DNA of 64,000 bases from an uncultured Ruminococcus sp. (lineage in GTDB: Bacteria; Bacillota; Clostridia; Oscillospirales; Ruminococcaceae): the NCBI GenBank assembly GCA_946614445.1, contig CAMOGY010000003.1:9950-73949 (forward strand), read 5' to 3'. Below, piece by piece: positions 37,920 through 47,299 of the stretch; position 1 is the stretch's first letter; each line of letters starts with the position of its first letter. The position numbers and the translations under genes are program-made. Under the pieces are notes generated by a model, which made no database searches, had not been told where the DNA came from, and saw only the letters and a list, made by a program, of their open reading frames with translations.

Positions 37920-38630
37920 ATGGCTGACAAACAAGAGCTTGACAGAATGAACCGTGTTGCCGAATACATAAACCGGTACTACGAGTTCGAGGATGCTGTT
38001 GAGATCAGTAAGCAGAACAAGGAATATCTAAAAACATATATCAAGGACGATTCTGCCGTTGCCAAGGAGTTCGGGCTGAAGGAAAAGATGGTGAAGCACA
38101 TCAGCAAGGTCGTTGCCACAGCTTTGCTGGCAGGAATACTGATGCTGTTCATTTTCGGTATGAGCGCATGGCTGGTGGCTATCATCGTTACGGCGGCAAC
38201 ATTCTGTCTGGGCATGGTGGTGCTTTATGTGATGATAAACATGAAGTTCAACGCTGCCAAGCAGGAACAGCACGAGATAAACAACGGTATACAGGAGCAG
38301 ATAACCATTCTCGAGGGCAGGATAAAGCAGACCGAGAGGCAGCGTGACGACTACCGCAAGGGACTTGAAAAAAGACTGGATTTTATCACTCCCGATTACA
38401 TCGGCAGCATAAGCACGATAAAGGGCTACCTTGTTTCAGGCGAGGCGGAGACCTGCGAGGACGCTGTTGCGATCTACGAGCAGAGCCTGCTGATGGCAAA
38501 GATGTCGGATGTTATGTCAAAGAGCAGCAGAAAGCCGCTTGACATGGACATCAAGGCTCAGAAAAAAAAGTTCGGCGATCCGCTTGCACAGATAAGATCA
38601 CAGCGTGCTATAAAGCGAAGCAGATACTGA
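37920..38630 (+). CDS. Hypothetical membrane protein (2 TM plus coiled-coil)
   Basis: ATG at 37920 lies 8 nt after AAGGAG. 236 aa. No family recognised. Confidence 0.6.
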   Translation: MADKQELDRMNRVAEYINRYYEFEDAVEISKQNKEYLKTYIKDDSAVAKEFGLKEKMVKHISKVVATALLAGILMLFIFGMSAWLVAIIVTAATFCLGMVVLYVMINMKFNAAKQEQHEINNGIQEQITILEGRIKQTERQRDDYRKGLEKRLDFITPDYIGSISTIKGYLVSGEAETCEDAVAIYEQSLLMAKMSDVMSKSSRKPLDMDIKAQKKKFGDPLAQIRSQRAIKRSRY

Positions 38631-38643
38631 TGATAACAAACAC

Positions 38644-38672
38644 AAAAACCTCGGAAAAGTCCGAGGTTTTTT
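38644..38672. terminator. Bidirectional intrinsic terminator
   Basis: A-run, ACCTCGGA-aaag-TCCGAGGT, then T-run, between convergent genes. Confidence 0.8.
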
Positions 38673-38687
38673 ATTGCTTTATTATTT

Positions 38688-40370
38688 TTACAGCAGCGGT
38701 GCGAACGGCTTGAGGACAGCAGAGGTGAGCTTGCTGAACGTTGAACGTGCTTCTATATCCTCATAGGTTATCTCGTTGCAGCTGTTTTTGAACATATCCA
38801 GCATATCCGCTTTTATATCGGCTATGCAGCGTGAATTGCGCATATACGCTGCACACTCAAAATGCAGATAGAGGCTGCGGTAATCAAGATTGATAGTTCC
38901 CACAACGGCGGTATCGTCGTCGGAAACAAAGGTTTTTGCGTGGATAAAGCCCGGCTGATACTCATATATCCTCACGCCAAGATCCATAAGGTCCTTATAA
39001 AAAGAACGGGTGATGCAGTGAACGTACCATTTATCAGGTATGCCGGGGGTGATTATGCGCACATCGACTCCGCTTTTTGCGGCAAAGCCAAGTGCGGTTA
39101 TCATTTCGTTATCGGGTATAAGATAGGGCGTGGTGATATAGATATAATCATTTGCGTTGTTGATGATATCCATATAGACCAGCTCGCCGACATTTTCGGT
39201 ATCAAGCGGTGAATCGCTGTAAGGGATAACAACACCGTCGGTAGCGGGGTATTGAGCTTCATCGGGGCGGTAAAGCTCACACCTTGTGCGCTCGCCCGAG
39301 ATAACGTCCCACATCTGAATGAACATCATTGTAAAGTTCCACACAGCCTCGCCCTTTACGAGCACTGCGTTATCCTTCCAATGACCGAACCTGTCCTTCT
39401 GATTGATATACTCATCGGCGATATTTACGCCGCCCGTTATTGCACAGTTGCCGTCAACGACAAGTATCTTTCTGTGGTCACGGTTATTCTGCACAGAGGA
39501 TATCATGGGGCGGAAGGGGTTAAAGACAAGCGTTTTTATGCCTTTTTCCGCCATTTTCTGCTTATATCGGAAGGGGAGGGTGAACTGTGAGCCCATGCCG
39601 TCGTAGATGAGCCTTACCTCAACGCCCTGTTCGACTTTTTCAAGGAGTATCTCAACGACCTCCTGCCACATTTTGCCGTCGTCGATGATAAAATACTCCA
39701 TAAAAATAAACTTGCGTGCGCTGCGAAGCTCCCTGAGCATAGCTTCAAACTTGGTTTCGCCGAACGGGAGATACTGCACGGTAGAATTTCTGTAAGCGGG
39801 GTAGCCGCCCGAACGCTCGATATACTTGACGAGCTTTTCAAAATCACGGTCCTTGCTGCGTATCTCGTTCATAAGCGATTTATCGGTACGCAGATACTTT
39901 CTTGTTTCGGCGCATTTTTTAGCATACTTGGTTTTCAGTCTTCGTGAAGAATATTGGTTGTTAAGTATAAGATACAGCACCGAGGTGAACACGGGCACAG
40001 CTATCAGCGGAACTATCCACGCCAGCTTATATGCGGGGTTCTCATCGGTATTGATGATGACAAAGCCCAGAAAAATTGCGAGCCAGGAAAAGATTATGCG
40101 CACATAAGCGGACATATAATTAAGCGTGGTAAAGGTGAGCCAGATAAGTGTGAACTGCACCACGAGCATAAGAATGATAGTTGTTCGCTTTGAAAAGGCT
40201 ATTCGTATGAGCTTTTTAGGCTTCTTTTTTGGTCTGTGTTCTGTTTTGACCACGTTATGAATAGTCTGCACCCCGGTCTCTCCTTTACTTTTATTTTTTG
40301 TTTTCAGGCATTTTTCTCGCCTTATATCAATTATCTTATTTATTATATCATCTTTATCCTGCTTTTGCAA
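38688..40370 (-). CDS. cls: Cardiolipin synthase
   Basis: Two HKD motifs (HRKILVVDG, HAKTFVSDD) and two N-terminal TM helices. The TTG start is uncertain and the N-terminus is Lys-rich. Confidence 0.85.
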   Translation of the reverse strand: MQKQDKDDIINKIIDIRREKCLKTKNKSKGETGVQTIHNVVKTEHRPKKKPKKLIRIAFSKRTTIILMLVVQFTLIWLTFTTLNYMSAYVRIIFSWLAIFLGFVIINTDENPAYKLAWIVPLIAVPVFTSVLYLILNNQYSSRRLKTKYAKKCAETRKYLRTDKSLMNEIRSKDRDFEKLVKYIERSGGYPAYRNSTVQYLPFGETKFEAMLRELRSARKFIFMEYFIIDDGKMWQEVVEILLEKVEQGVEVRLIYDGMGSQFTLPFRYKQKMAEKGIKTLVFNPFRPMISSVQNNRDHRKILVVDGNCAITGGVNIADEYINQKDRFGHWKDNAVLVKGEAVWNFTMMFIQMWDVISGERTRCELYRPDEAQYPATDGVVIPYSDSPLDTENVGELVYMDIINNANDYIYITTPYLIPDNEMITALGFAAKSGVDVRIITPGIPDKWYVHCITRSFYKDLMDLGVRIYEYQPGFIHAKTFVSDDDTAVVGTINLDYRSLYLHFECAAYMRNSRCIADIKADMLDMFKNSCNEITYEDIEARSTFSKLTSAVLKPFAPLL

Positions 40371-40429
40371 GTGTTTGCGCTCTCTGCTTATTTTCGGCAG
40401 CTTTTTATGGTTTTATTCAACAAAAGATA

Positions 40430-40458
40430 TTGCATTTTACGAAAAAATACTGTATAAT
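40430..40458 (+). promoter_or_regulatory. Candidate sigma-A promoter
   Basis: TTGCAT, 17-nt spacer, TATAAT. Confidence 0.5.
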
Positions 40459-40488
40459 ATATATATGGGAATGAAAGGAGAGCGCACT

Positions 40489-40668
40489 ATGGAAAAGATT
40501 TTCTACATCACCAAGAATGGCGGTGATGAAAAGGGTTCTGCGCCTGAGATGGACAGGTTCAGGCGGGTGGAGCACCTTAACGAGCTGCTTTCGCTGGGCT
40601 GGAAGATAAAAGAGCTGCGCACTGAGGACTGCGGAACTTATTTTATTCTTGAAAAGCAGGATCAATAA
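40489..40668 (+). CDS. Small hypothetical protein (59 aa)
   Basis: ATG at 40489 lies 7 nt after GAAAGGAGAG, with its own promoter and terminator. The ORF-track start at 40375 overlaps the promoter. Confidence 0.55.
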   Translation: MEKIFYITKNGGDEKGSAPEMDRFRRVEHLNELLSLGWKIKELRTEDCGTYFILEKQDQ

Positions 40669-40672
40669 TGAA

Positions 40673-40709
40673 AGAGGTAAGAGAGCCTGTGCTTTCTTAC
40701 CTCTTTTTT
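40673..40709 (+). terminator. Intrinsic terminator of the 59-aa gene
   Basis: 9-bp stem AGAGGTAAG / CTTACCTCT followed by T6. Confidence 0.75.
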
Positions 40710-40722
40710 ATCTTTTTCGTCT

Positions 40723-40760
40723 AAACTAAAAGGTCTGCCGTGAAAGCCACGACAGACCTT
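40723..40760 (-). terminator. Intrinsic terminator of the zinc-ribbon protein gene
   Basis: Minus strand: GGTCTGTCGTG-gcttt-CACGGCAGACC followed by TTTTAGTTT. Confidence 0.55.
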
Positions 40761-40798
40761 TATATTGTTTATTCAGCTTTGCTGTTATGCGTTACGCA

Positions 40799-42748
40799 TT
40801 ATGCAGCCTTGGACTCCTCTGCCTTGGATGACTCATCAGCCTTGGAAGAGCTGTCTGTTGAAGGAGCAGGTGCTGATGAAGCAGTTACCTCATTAACAGA
40901 GAACTTTCTGTTGAGTGAATCAAGTGCTGACTTCACGCTTTCTTCCTTGCTGTAAAGGTTAGCCTGGTAGTTCTCATCGACAGTTACCTCGTCGCCTGCG
41001 ATCTTAGGATTCCTCAGAAGGATAAGTCCGTAAGCTGTCTTTGTTTCCTTCTCGGTAACAACGGTAACAACATACTGCTTACCGATATAGCACTTATCGC
41101 TGTAAGTTGAAGCCTCGCTGTTTTCAAGAACGTAGGTCTTAACTTCCTTGAAGCTCATGCTCTTGATCTTTGCGCCTGCGCTGAAGCCGCTTACATAGGT
41201 TCTGTCAACGCCCTTTTCGGTAACTTCCTTGATCACCTTTTCAAAATCAGCATTGAACTTAGATGCATTTGCTGCTGCGGTATCCTTTGTGATGAATGTA
41301 GGTGCATCATCGCCAATGGTGAATTCCTTTACATAGTAGCCGTCTTCATCAGGTGTGCCGTCGATAGCGTAGCCCTGGCTTGTGAAGGAGCTTCTCGGAT
41401 AAGCCTTGATCTTGACTGTATCGCCCTTCTTGAGCAGCTTGGATGTATCATCAACGTAGAATCTTACGCCGGTCTTTACCTCTTCGGAGCAGCCCTCGTT
41501 ATCAACGCCTGTTACTCTCAGATAAGGGATAGCATCTCTGTACTTGAGTTTAACGCCCTCAAATACGTCTATCTTCTTCATTTCTTTAAGGCCTTCAACG
41601 GTATATTCCTTTTCCATTACAGCCTTTTCGCAGATATAGTAGTTGCCGTCATACTCAAGAGTTACAGCACCCTCGGGATCCTTTGCATCAACAGGAACTG
41701 CGCCTCTCATTCTTGCGGTAAGGATGACCTTGTCGCCGTTCTTGAGGTTTCTGTATTCATCCTTGAAGGAGCATCTTACGAATGCAGGAGCATTGCTTCT
41801 GTCATACTCAACTCTTCCTGAGCCGTCGTTTCCTGTGAATGTTACGGTGATATTCTCGAACAGGTCGATCTTAGTACCGTTCTTGAGGCCTTCAACCTCT
41901 ACCTCAAACTCCTTGTTTGTGAGCTTGATGTTATTATCTTCAAGATACTTATCGTTGCAGGTAACAACGCACTTTACCTTATCGCCGTTGCTGAGTCCCT
42001 TAGCAGATTCTTCACCGTTAAGGGTGATCTTGAGCTCTGCATTTGAGCTGAGCAGGGCATCACGCATTTTCTGCGCTTCCTTCTTATCGCTTGCCTTTGT
42101 CCATGCTTCGAGCAGCTTCTTTTCGCTTATCTCAAAGTAAGGTGACTTAGCATTTTCGGAATCATCGCTGTCGTCATCGTCGTCATCGTCGTCATAATCC
42201 AGTCCGGTATAATCGCTGAGTGCATCAACGGCGCTGCCGAGTGAATACTGCGAATCGGAATACTTATTGAGCTTAGCTGTTGCTACGCCAGAGGTCTCGA
42301 TACCCTTGAAGTCGAACTTGTAAAGCTCCTTTGCGTCTATCTTCTGGAATCTGAAGAAGATATGCTTGATGATAAAGAAGCCTGCGATGAGCACTACCAG
42401 AGCACAAGCTATGATAATGATCAGCTTGAGGTTCTTTTTGAACCAGTTGTCCCCCGCCGGTTTTACAGCTGCGCCCGGTGTTCCGAAGCCCGAATTCGGC
42501 TGTGCGAACTGAGGCTGCTGGAAATTGTTTGCCTGCTGATTGAACCCTGTGTTTGGCTGCTGGAAAGCAGTTGCCTGCTGCTGCGGTACTGCCTGTGGCT
42601 GAGGAGCTGCCTGCTGCGGCTGTCCGCCGACATTTGCGCCGCCCTGCTGGGCCTGCATTTCGGCTACATTAGCGCCGCATCCCATACAGAACTTTTCCTC
42701 AGGTCCTATCGGGTGTCCGCATTTGAGACAAAATTTGATTGTGTTCAT
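40799..42748 (-). CDS. Zinc-ribbon / single-pass membrane protein with large extracytoplasmic domain
   Basis: N-terminal CxxC...CxxC zinc ribbon (CLKCGHPIGPEEKFCMGCG), a Q/P-rich linker, one TM helix, a poly-Asp run and ~450 aa of beta-rich sequence. Confidence 0.7.
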   Translation of the reverse strand: MNTIKFCLKCGHPIGPEEKFCMGCGANVAEMQAQQGGANVGGQPQQAAPQPQAVPQQQATAFQQPNTGFNQQANNFQQPQFAQPNSGFGTPGAAVKPAGDNWFKKNLKLIIIIACALVVLIAGFFIIKHIFFRFQKIDAKELYKFDFKGIETSGVATAKLNKYSDSQYSLGSAVDALSDYTGLDYDDDDDDDDSDDSENAKSPYFEISEKKLLEAWTKASDKKEAQKMRDALLSSNAELKITLNGEESAKGLSNGDKVKCVVTCNDKYLEDNNIKLTNKEFEVEVEGLKNGTKIDLFENITVTFTGNDGSGRVEYDRSNAPAFVRCSFKDEYRNLKNGDKVILTARMRGAVPVDAKDPEGAVTLEYDGNYYICEKAVMEKEYTVEGLKEMKKIDVFEGVKLKYRDAIPYLRVTGVDNEGCSEEVKTGVRFYVDDTSKLLKKGDTVKIKAYPRSSFTSQGYAIDGTPDEDGYYVKEFTIGDDAPTFITKDTAAANASKFNADFEKVIKEVTEKGVDRTYVSGFSAGAKIKSMSFKEVKTYVLENSEASTYSDKCYIGKQYVVTVVTEKETKTAYGLILLRNPKIAGDEVTVDENYQANLYSKEESVKSALDSLNRKFSVNEVTASSAPAPSTDSSSKADESSKAEESKAA

Positions 42749-42801
42749 TGTTCTCTTCCTCCCAATACGATCTTATTTTAGAGATAATTTTGCACAATAC
42801 A

Positions 42802-42830
42802 ATTATATAATACCATTCAAACTTTGTCAA
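42802..42830 (-). promoter_or_regulatory. Consensus sigma-A promoter of the zinc-ribbon protein gene
   Basis: Minus strand: TTGACA, 17-nt spacer, TATAAT, both hexamers perfect. Confidence 0.6.
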
Positions 42831-42931
42831 TAAAAATTTACTACTTTCATATAAAAAACGCAATTTTCATTCTGCTGAGTACGTCTTTTTGTACATTTGA
42901 ACTATCTTTTCACAAAACTATCATAAGCAGT

Positions 42932-43303
42932 TCAGAAAACGGACGAAAGGTCGGGAAATCTGCTGTCGTAGACGAGCTGTGACCAATGGGCGAGGCTGTT
43001 GAGCTCAGCAAGGAAATCATCGCTTTCTGCCTCAAGCAGAAAGGGGAGCTTTTCGGCGGTACGTGCCATATCCTCCATTGTGGCGGAGCTGGTGACGTAG
43101 GTGAGCAGGAGGTAGTGTTTTTTCCAGTGCTGCATCAGCTTTTCAAGCTCCCCCTGTGCATCCTTTCCGCTGCGGTAGGCTTGCGCTGTGCTTTGGACAA
43201 GCTCAAAGAGCTTATCGTTGCTGCGTTTCATAACGATGACCGAGGCGGTGCAAAGTGCTGCGACAAAGACGAGGATAACGATACTCAGGGCAAGTCTTTT
43301 CAT
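42932..43303 (-). CDS. DUF4363-like small membrane-anchored protein
   Basis: 123 aa with an N-terminal TM helix. It is the typical partner downstream of DUF421 genes in Clostridia. Confidence 0.55.
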   Translation of the reverse strand: MKRLALSIVILVFVAALCTASVIVMKRSNDKLFELVQSTAQAYRSGKDAQGELEKLMQHWKKHYLLLTYVTSSATMEDMARTAEKLPFLLEAESDDFLAELNSLAHWSQLVYDSRFPDLSSVF

Positions 43304-43983
43304 TTTTTCAACTCCTTTTCAAACGGCACTGCGAACACGCTGCCGTTTCTGTCGGCGGTCATAAGGAAAACGTCCTTGAGCTGCAGGCGCTGTGCTTTCA
43401 GCTGCTTATCGAGCCAGCGGCGGTCATAGCCGAGAGCTTTGAGCGACTGCGGCAGCACCCTTGAGCAATCAACGATGAGCTGCGGGGGATCGGTGTTTTC
43501 CGCTTTTATGCCGGCATCGCCGCAGGAAACGTTACGGTAGGGCTGCTTCTGGTAAACGCTGATCTTTCCTGTTGTTTCAACAACGGCGAGCTGCACCTGT
43601 GAAACGTCGAAGATCTGCTGGCTGCGCAGGCTTTGCATAAGGTCATCTACCGAGAAGCGCAGGTCACGCATTACCTGCTGATCTATTTTTCCGCCCGAGA
43701 TGACTATTTTTGCGCTGCCGCACATTATCCTGCGGACACGGCGTGACTTTAAGGAGATATGCGAGATGATGACATCCATACTTACGAGCGTGAAAATGGG
43801 GATAACGCCCATTATCATGGGGATATCGACGTTTTCAACGGGCAGCGTGGCGATGTTGGACAAAAGCAGGGTGATGACAAGCTCTGACGGCTGAAGCTCA
43901 CCGAGCTGACGCTTGCCCATAAGTCTGACCGAGGCAACGATGACGATATAAAGTATGACTGCACGAAAAAAGACTACAAACAC
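43300..43983 (-). CDS. DUF421 (YetF-like) membrane protein
   Basis: 227 aa. The N-terminal TM region RLMGKRQLGELQPSELV and soluble C-terminal domain are typical of the YetF family. Confidence 0.75.
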   Translation of the reverse strand: MFVVFFRAVILYIVIVASVRLMGKRQLGELQPSELVITLLLSNIATLPVENVDIPMIMGVIPIFTLVSMDVIISHISLKSRRVRRIMCGSAKIVISGGKIDQQVMRDLRFSVDDLMQSLRSQQIFDVSQVQLAVVETTGKISVYQKQPYRNVSCGDAGIKAENTDPPQLIVDCSRVLPQSLKALGYDRRWLDKQLKAQRLQLKDVFLMTADRNGSVFAVPFEKELKK

Positions 43984-44050
43984 GGCTGTTTCCCTCCAAG
44001 GCTTTTATTATGAGTGTTGACAGCTTTGGGAGAGATATGCAAAAAAAGAA

Positions 44051-44228
44051 AGACTCCGCAGAGTCTCAGTCTGTCGATAAACTATAATAATTATTTTTAT
44101 GACCGAAGGGGTTTTAGGGGGCGATCGGAAAGCCCCCTGATCAGCATGATCAGATTTATTGTCATCCATTAGCTGAGCATATCACCCGGGCATATAGTTT
44201 TGCAACAAGCTGAGACTCCGCAGAGTCT
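44051..44228 (-). repeat. Family-1 element, dispersed copy (RNA-sense minus strand) flanked by a duplicated 16-bp hairpin
   Basis: AGACTCCGCAGAGTCT occurs at 44051-44066 and 44213-44228. Core hairpin at 44116-44138. On the minus strand the left copy is followed by a T-rich run (terminator). Confidence 0.75.
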
Positions 44229-44278
44229 TTCTTTTATCAAGCAGGCTTGGGCTGCCTGCATTTTATTTTTGTGATCTT

Positions 44279-45283
44279 TCAGATATTTGAGTGGCTCTTT
44301 ACATACTCTACGACTTCATCAACGGTGGTGAAGGCAAGACCTACCACTGTATCTGCGCAGCCGTAATAGATAGCTATCCTGCCTGTATCTGCATCGCACA
44401 GAGCTGCGCACGGGAACGTTACATTCGGCACATCGCCCACGCACTCATAAAGCTCACGGGGATTGATGAGATACTCGCTGCATCTGTACTTCACCTTCCA
44501 GGGCTGCTGTGCATCGAGGATACACGCTGAAAAGCTGTACACATAGCCGTTGCAGGACTGGAGAACGCCGTGATAAAAGCAGAGCCAGCCCTCGCTCGTT
44601 TCTATCGGGATAGGACCTGCGCCGATCTTGAGCGACTCCCACGGTCTTTCCTTTGACGGTGACATGACCAGCCTGTGCTCGCCCCAATACTTCATATCGG
44701 GGGACTGGGAAAGGTACATATCGCCAAAGGGAGTATGTCCCGAATCGGACGGACGGGAGAACATGACATACTTATCATTTATTTTTCTCGGGAAGAGTAC
44801 GCCGTTGCGGTTGAACGGCAAAAAGGCATTTTCGCACTGATAGAAGGTGACAAAATCGTAGGTATAGCCCACGCCGATAGTTGGGAAGCCTTTATAGGAA
44901 TTGCACCAGGTGACCCAATATCTGTCCTCGATAAAGCAGACTCTTGGATCGTAGCCGTAGCCCCACTCGTTTGCCTCCTCGGTGGAAGGATCCTGCTGGA
45001 CGAATTTTATCCTTTCCTTGTTTATCTTCCAGTTGATGCCGTCATCGGAAAAGCCTGCGTGAAGCTCCATTCTGCGCTGCTTATCGTCAACACGGAAAAC
45101 TCCTGCGAACTTTCCGTTAAAGGTAACGACGGCGGAATTGAAGATAGAATTTGAGCAGCTTATGGCATCCCTTTTGATTATCGGGTTGGCTGTGTATCTC
45201 CAGACGGGTGATATATCTCCCTGCGGTCTTTCCTGCCAGGGTATGTTGGGGATAGACTGTCCATTGATGATGTTTACTTTCAT
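44279..45283 (-). CDS. GH130-family beta-mannoside phosphorylase
   Basis: 334 aa. The sequence is typical of GH130 (PWQERP...NPII...FNSAVV...). RBS AGGAGGAG. Confidence 0.8.
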   Translation of the reverse strand: MKVNIINGQSIPNIPWQERPQGDISPVWRYTANPIIKRDAISCSNSIFNSAVVTFNGKFAGVFRVDDKQRRMELHAGFSDDGINWKINKERIKFVQQDPSTEEANEWGYGYDPRVCFIEDRYWVTWCNSYKGFPTIGVGYTYDFVTFYQCENAFLPFNRNGVLFPRKINDKYVMFSRPSDSGHTPFGDMYLSQSPDMKYWGEHRLVMSPSKERPWESLKIGAGPIPIETSEGWLCFYHGVLQSCNGYVYSFSACILDAQQPWKVKYRCSEYLINPRELYECVGDVPNVTFPCAALCDADTGRIAIYYGCADTVVGLAFTTVDEVVEYVKSHSNI

Positions 45284-45376
45284 TTTACTCCTCCTACTTT
45301 ATTTTTCTTTTTGTGTTTTATCACACGATGATATTTAATCACAACTCACAGTTTTTTTCAAGTCCCCCTGACTGTG

Positions 45377-45390
45377 CGCAAACGTTTTCG
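45377..45390. promoter_or_regulatory. LacI/CcpA-type operator-like palindrome upstream of the GH130 gene
   Basis: CGCAAACGTTTTCG, a 14-bp palindrome with one mismatched pair centred on CG. It lies ~95 nt upstream of the GH130 start. Confidence 0.35.
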
Positions 45391-45484
45391 ATTTCAAAGT
45401 TTACATTTTTTTAAGATTTGGGCACACAAAAAAGGCAGTGCCGGTATGTATAGATACTTATATAGCAGTTTGATAAGTGCATTT

Positions 45485-45642
45485 GGGGAAAACCCTTTTG
45501 CAAAAGGGTTATTCCCCATACCCCTTTCCTAAAACTCTTAATAATTTTTTAAATCCCGATGGCTAAAGCATCGGGATTTAAAAAATGGTTATGGTCAAAG
45601 AAAGAGAAATAGAAACAATACTTCACAAAAAAGAACTCTTCC
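45485..45642 (-). repeat. Family-3 two-hairpin intergenic element, copy C3 (inverted relative to C1/C2)
   Basis: Hairpin B at 45485-45517, conserved core (reverse complement of TTAAGAGTTTTAGGA) at 45528-45542, hairpin A at 45545-45585. Confidence 0.7.
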
Positions 45643-45700
45643 TCAAAATTCACTTATTAGACTACTATACAAACACTATACATACTGACACTGCCTGTTT

Positions 45701-46381
45701 TTACTGCTTTGCCTGTGCGGTGACCTCCGGGACTTTTTCGACGCTGTTTTTCTCGGTTATCTCGGTACGGTAGACCACTCTGTGCTCCTGCCCTTCAAGC
45801 TCATAGATAGTGGACTCGGTAAAGCTCTCGAGCTTTCCGTCGCTGTCAAACAGATACCTGACTGCAAAACCTGTTGCCTGTGCGCCCTCGGGAACGGCAG
45901 GCTTTACTGTTTCGACATTATAGACATGAGTTATCTCGATCTTGTCGTCTTTATTGAGCATCTTAGCATCGGTAACTGCCGACGGGATATAGGTTATCAT
46001 ATCGTCCTGTACTTTTTTATGCTTGTCCGAACGGGTATACTTTTTGAACTTTTCATCGCCCGGTTCGTACTGATAATACTTTTCTCCCTGGTAATAAATA
46101 TTTACCTCGCCGTTATTATACTCACTGCTTATCTTGTCATTGACATTTCTGACATCGGAATACACGAGCGTATCGCCCTCATACTTAAAGGTAAACACCT
46201 GCTCCTGCTTATCGGTATCGGTATTGGTCATGATGACCTTCGCAGAATCAAGAGCCTCAAAATCCTCTCTTGCCTGCATTATCAGGTTATCTCCGACTAT
46301 ATCGGGTCTTCCGCAGGAAGCTGTGCCGATCACTGCGCCAAGGCACATTACCATTGCGGTCAAGGCTGCTCTTATTCTCAT
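45701..46381 (-). CDS. Hypothetical lipoprotein
   Basis: Start set at ATG 46381 (GGGAG upstream), giving MRIRAALTAMVMCLGAVIGTASCG with a lipobox. 226 aa. Confidence 0.65.
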   Translation of the reverse strand: MRIRAALTAMVMCLGAVIGTASCGRPDIVGDNLIMQAREDFEALDSAKVIMTNTDTDKQEQVFTFKYEGDTLVYSDVRNVNDKISSEYNNGEVNIYYQGEKYYQYEPGDEKFKKYTRSDKHKKVQDDMITYIPSAVTDAKMLNKDDKIEITHVYNVETVKPAVPEGAQATGFAVRYLFDSDGKLESFTESTIYELEGQEHRVVYRTEITEKNSVEKVPEVTAQAKQ

Positions 46382-46404
46382 AGAAGGATCACTCCCTTTA
46401 TAGA

Positions 46405-46668
46405 TCAAAGGTTCTTACAGGTCTTTGAAAAAACGATAAGCGATATGGGTATTGTGAAAAGCTGTGAAATGGTTGCGTTTATCATCAGCCCGAAGCTGAA
46501 CTTTATAACATAAAGGTCTACGGAGAAGTTTTCAATCCCTACTCTTTTACCCCATGCCAGCCAGCCGACATAATCCTTTCCGTCGCACACATAGGCTATG
46601 AGTGCGCCAAGTATCACCGCTGCTATCATAAAGAAAATGAACGCAAAGGTCCTTTTAAAATTCTTCAT
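46405..46668 (-). CDS. DUF4321-like small membrane protein
   Basis: 87 aa from ATG 46668 (MKNFKRTFAFIFFMIAAVILG...) with two TM segments. Confidence 0.5.
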   Translation of the reverse strand: MKNFKRTFAFIFFMIAAVILGALIAYVCDGKDYVGWLAWGKRVGIENFSVDLYVIKFSFGLMINATISQLFTIPISLIVFSKTCKNL

Positions 46669-46735
46669 TTTCCTTCTACTCTCCTGAAAAAAAGGCGAAG
46701 CAAGGCTGTTTTGCACTTGCTCGCCCGATAGTTTC

Positions 46736-47230
46736 TTATTTGCGCCTTGAAGGCGATCTGCGCTTATTATCTATAACGTGCTTGAGGTCGGAGAACCTTT
46801 CCTCACTGGTCGCTTTGAATTTTGAGAGCATATCCTCAAAATCTGCATTGCCCGATGTTGTGTTCTCAAAAACCGGCGGCGGATTTTTTGTAAAATCCTG
46901 CACAGGTCTGCTTTCATAAGGCTTTCTTGGTGCTCTGTTTTGTGCACCGCCCTGTTTTGCGCCGTTCCTGCTGAACTTGTTCGGTCTTTCCTGCTGCGGA
47001 AGTGCTTTTTTGATAGAAAGAGATACCTTTCCGTCATCTCCCACACTGAGCACCTTCACCTTTACGGTCTGTCCCTCGGTGAGATGATCCCTGATCTCAT
47101 TCACAAAGCTGTTTGCGACCTCGGAGATATGTACCATACCCGTTGTGTCCTTATCCAGCTCGATGAATGCTCCGAACTTTGTGATGCCTGTTACCTTGCC
47201 TTCATAGATTTTTCCGACTTCTAACTGCAT
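46736..47230 (-). CDS. yabR: S1 RNA-binding domain protein (YabR-like)
   Basis: N-terminal S1 domain (GKVTGITKFGAFIELD...GMVHISE). Synteny yabP-yabQ-divIC-yabR. Confidence 0.8.
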   Translation of the reverse strand: MQLEVGKIYEGKVTGITKFGAFIELDKDTTGMVHISEVANSFVNEIRDHLTEGQTVKVKVLSVGDDGKVSLSIKKALPQQERPNKFSRNGAKQGGAQNRAPRKPYESRPVQDFTKNPPPVFENTTSGNADFEDMLSKFKATSEERFSDLKHVIDNKRRSPSRRK

Positions 47231-47299
47231 TTGCTTACTTTCCCCATTCTAAAAGTGTAGATTATCCTTATCCTGCTTTGCGCTTGCATTGCAGGTGAT

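Noticed and set aside
42161-42197. GTCGTCATC trinucleotide-type repeat
   Set aside because: It encodes the poly-Asp run of the zinc-ribbon protein on the minus strand. This is coding low complexity.
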